Positions 63,142 through 64,000 of a DNA stretch of 64,000 nucleotides are shown here, one piece after another. The stretch spans positions 1-64,000 of the forward strand of contig DASSXV010000041.1 of assembly GCA_035703635.1 (NCBI GenBank). Reading direction: 5' to 3'. Positions within the stretch are counted from its first letter, which is position 1. The number at the start of each line of letters is the position of its first letter. The notes under the pieces are model-generated. The model made no database searches and was not told the origin of the DNA. It saw only the letters and a program-made list of their open reading frames with translations. A program made the translations under genes and the position numbers. This stretch comes from Trueperaceae bacterium. Lineage in GTDB: Bacteria; Deinococcota; Deinococci; Deinococcales; Trueperaceae.

Positions 63142-64000
63142 ATGAGCGACACCCCCACCACCACGAAACCCAGGTTACCTGCCGACACTCACTTAGGCCG
63201 CATCTTCCTGCGAGTCCGTGACCTGCGGCGCGAAACGGGCTTCTACCGCACGGCGTTAGGCCTCGAAGTCCTCACGGAGACCGACGGCTACACCGAACTA
63301 GGCGTAGACGCGCGCGGACTTATCGGGCTGATCGCCGCCCCTGACGCTCGACCTGCCCCACATGCTCCTGGCCTCTACCACCTAGCGCTCCTCCTGCCGG
63401 ACCGACCCGCGCTTGGCGCCTTCCTGCGGGCCACCGTCAAGGACCGCACGCGCCTGCAGGGAACTGCCGACCACGGCGTGAGCGAGGCCGTCTACCTGGC
63501 GGACCTCGAAGGCAACGGCATAGAGGTCTACCGCGACCTCCCACGCAGCGAGTGGCCGCAAAGCGGTAGTGAGGTCGAGATGATCACGGCCCCGATAGAC
63601 GCTCGCGGCGTGCTCGAGGCTGGCCAGCCGTCGCAGGGCGGTTTCAAGGCGCCGGCCGGCTCGACCCTCGGCCACGTGCACCTGCAAGTGAGCGACTTGC
63701 AGCGCGCCCGCGAGCGGTTCCACGACGTGATCGGCTTCGACGTCACGCAGTCGAACTTCCCCGGCGCGCTGTTCCTTTCGGCCGGTGGCTACCACCACCA
63801 CATCGGGTTGAACACCTGGGGCTCTGCGGGCCGGCCGGCCGCGCCGCATGGCTCCCTAGGACTCGACTGGTTCGAGATCGTGGTTCCGGACGCCGCCGCG
63901 CGCGCCGCGCTGATCGAGCGCCTAGCCGCGAACTCTACGAGCGAGGACTCAAGTGTTGGCGGGCCACCAGCCCGCATTTACCGCGACGCGGACGGAATCG
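63142..64000 (+). CDS. VOC-family CatE-like catechol 2,3-dioxygenase/glyoxalase (3'-truncated)
   Basis: Own translation from ATG 63142: GLYHLALLLP, ADHGVSEAVYLADLEGNGIEVYRD, GHVHLQV, AGGYHHHIGLNTW; open to window end, so missing from ORF track. Confidence 0.88.
   Translation, partial: MSDTPTTTKPRLPADTHLGRIFLRVRDLRRETGFYRTALGLEVLTETDGYTELGVDARGLIGLIAAPDARPAPHAPGLYHLALLLPDRPALGAFLRATVKDRTRLQGTADHGVSEAVYLADLEGNGIEVYRDLPRSEWPQSGSEVEMITAPIDARGVLEAGQPSQGGFKAPAGSTLGHVHLQVSDLQRARERFHDVIGFDVTQSNFPGALFLSAGGYHHHIGLNTWGSAGRPAAPHGSLGLDWFEIVVPDAAARAALIERLAANSTSEDSSVGGPPARIYRDADGI

Overview
GC-rich (roughly 65-70% by eye) chromosomal segment, most likely Deinococcota (Truepera/Deinococcus/Thermus-like). 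This is inferred from the SpoVS, MglAB, RqkA-type kinase, split proline dehydrogenase/P5C dehydrogenase, GcvPA/PB and leuA+cimA content. It is essentially core genome: I see no transposase, integrase, prophage, CRISPR array or defence island. In order: 3' part of dxs; tRNA-Asp/Phe/Thr; TauE, NitT/TauT-type ABC pair and HlyIII; proline catabolism; histidine phosphatase and GNAT; Crp divergent from a LolD-like ATPase; a duplicated peptide/nickel ABC locus (two binding proteins, two permease pairs, no DppD/F); FAD oxidase-manA-yjjX; spoVS-rsmB-MBL-beta-CASP-lon (minus); ilvBNC-leuA-cimA; RHH protein plus PQQ-propeller kinase divergent from murA; hisC-hisB-hisH-SPOR-rapZ-yvcK-DOMON protein; TPR protein; nfeD-floA-orf-phoH-pgpH-ybeY-dgkA-cdd; tRNA-Trp; iscA-like; gcvTH-PA-PB; mglBA; 5' part of a CatE-like dioxygenase. 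I cannot point to a clearly new multi-gene system. The best leads are non-coding or translational: (1) spoVS apparently starts at ATC behind a perfect Shine-Dalgarno; (2) an unannotated leaderless 23-aa leader peptide and terminator/antiterminator precede ilvB; (3) a ~180-nt multi-stem leader with tandem CUGARAA loops precedes the second binding protein; (4) a structured put intergenic region carries twin palindromes; (5) leaderless -10/start architecture is pervasive; (6) an RHH-kinase/murA control region. All functional calls come from motif recognition without database searches, and RNA folds were done by hand.
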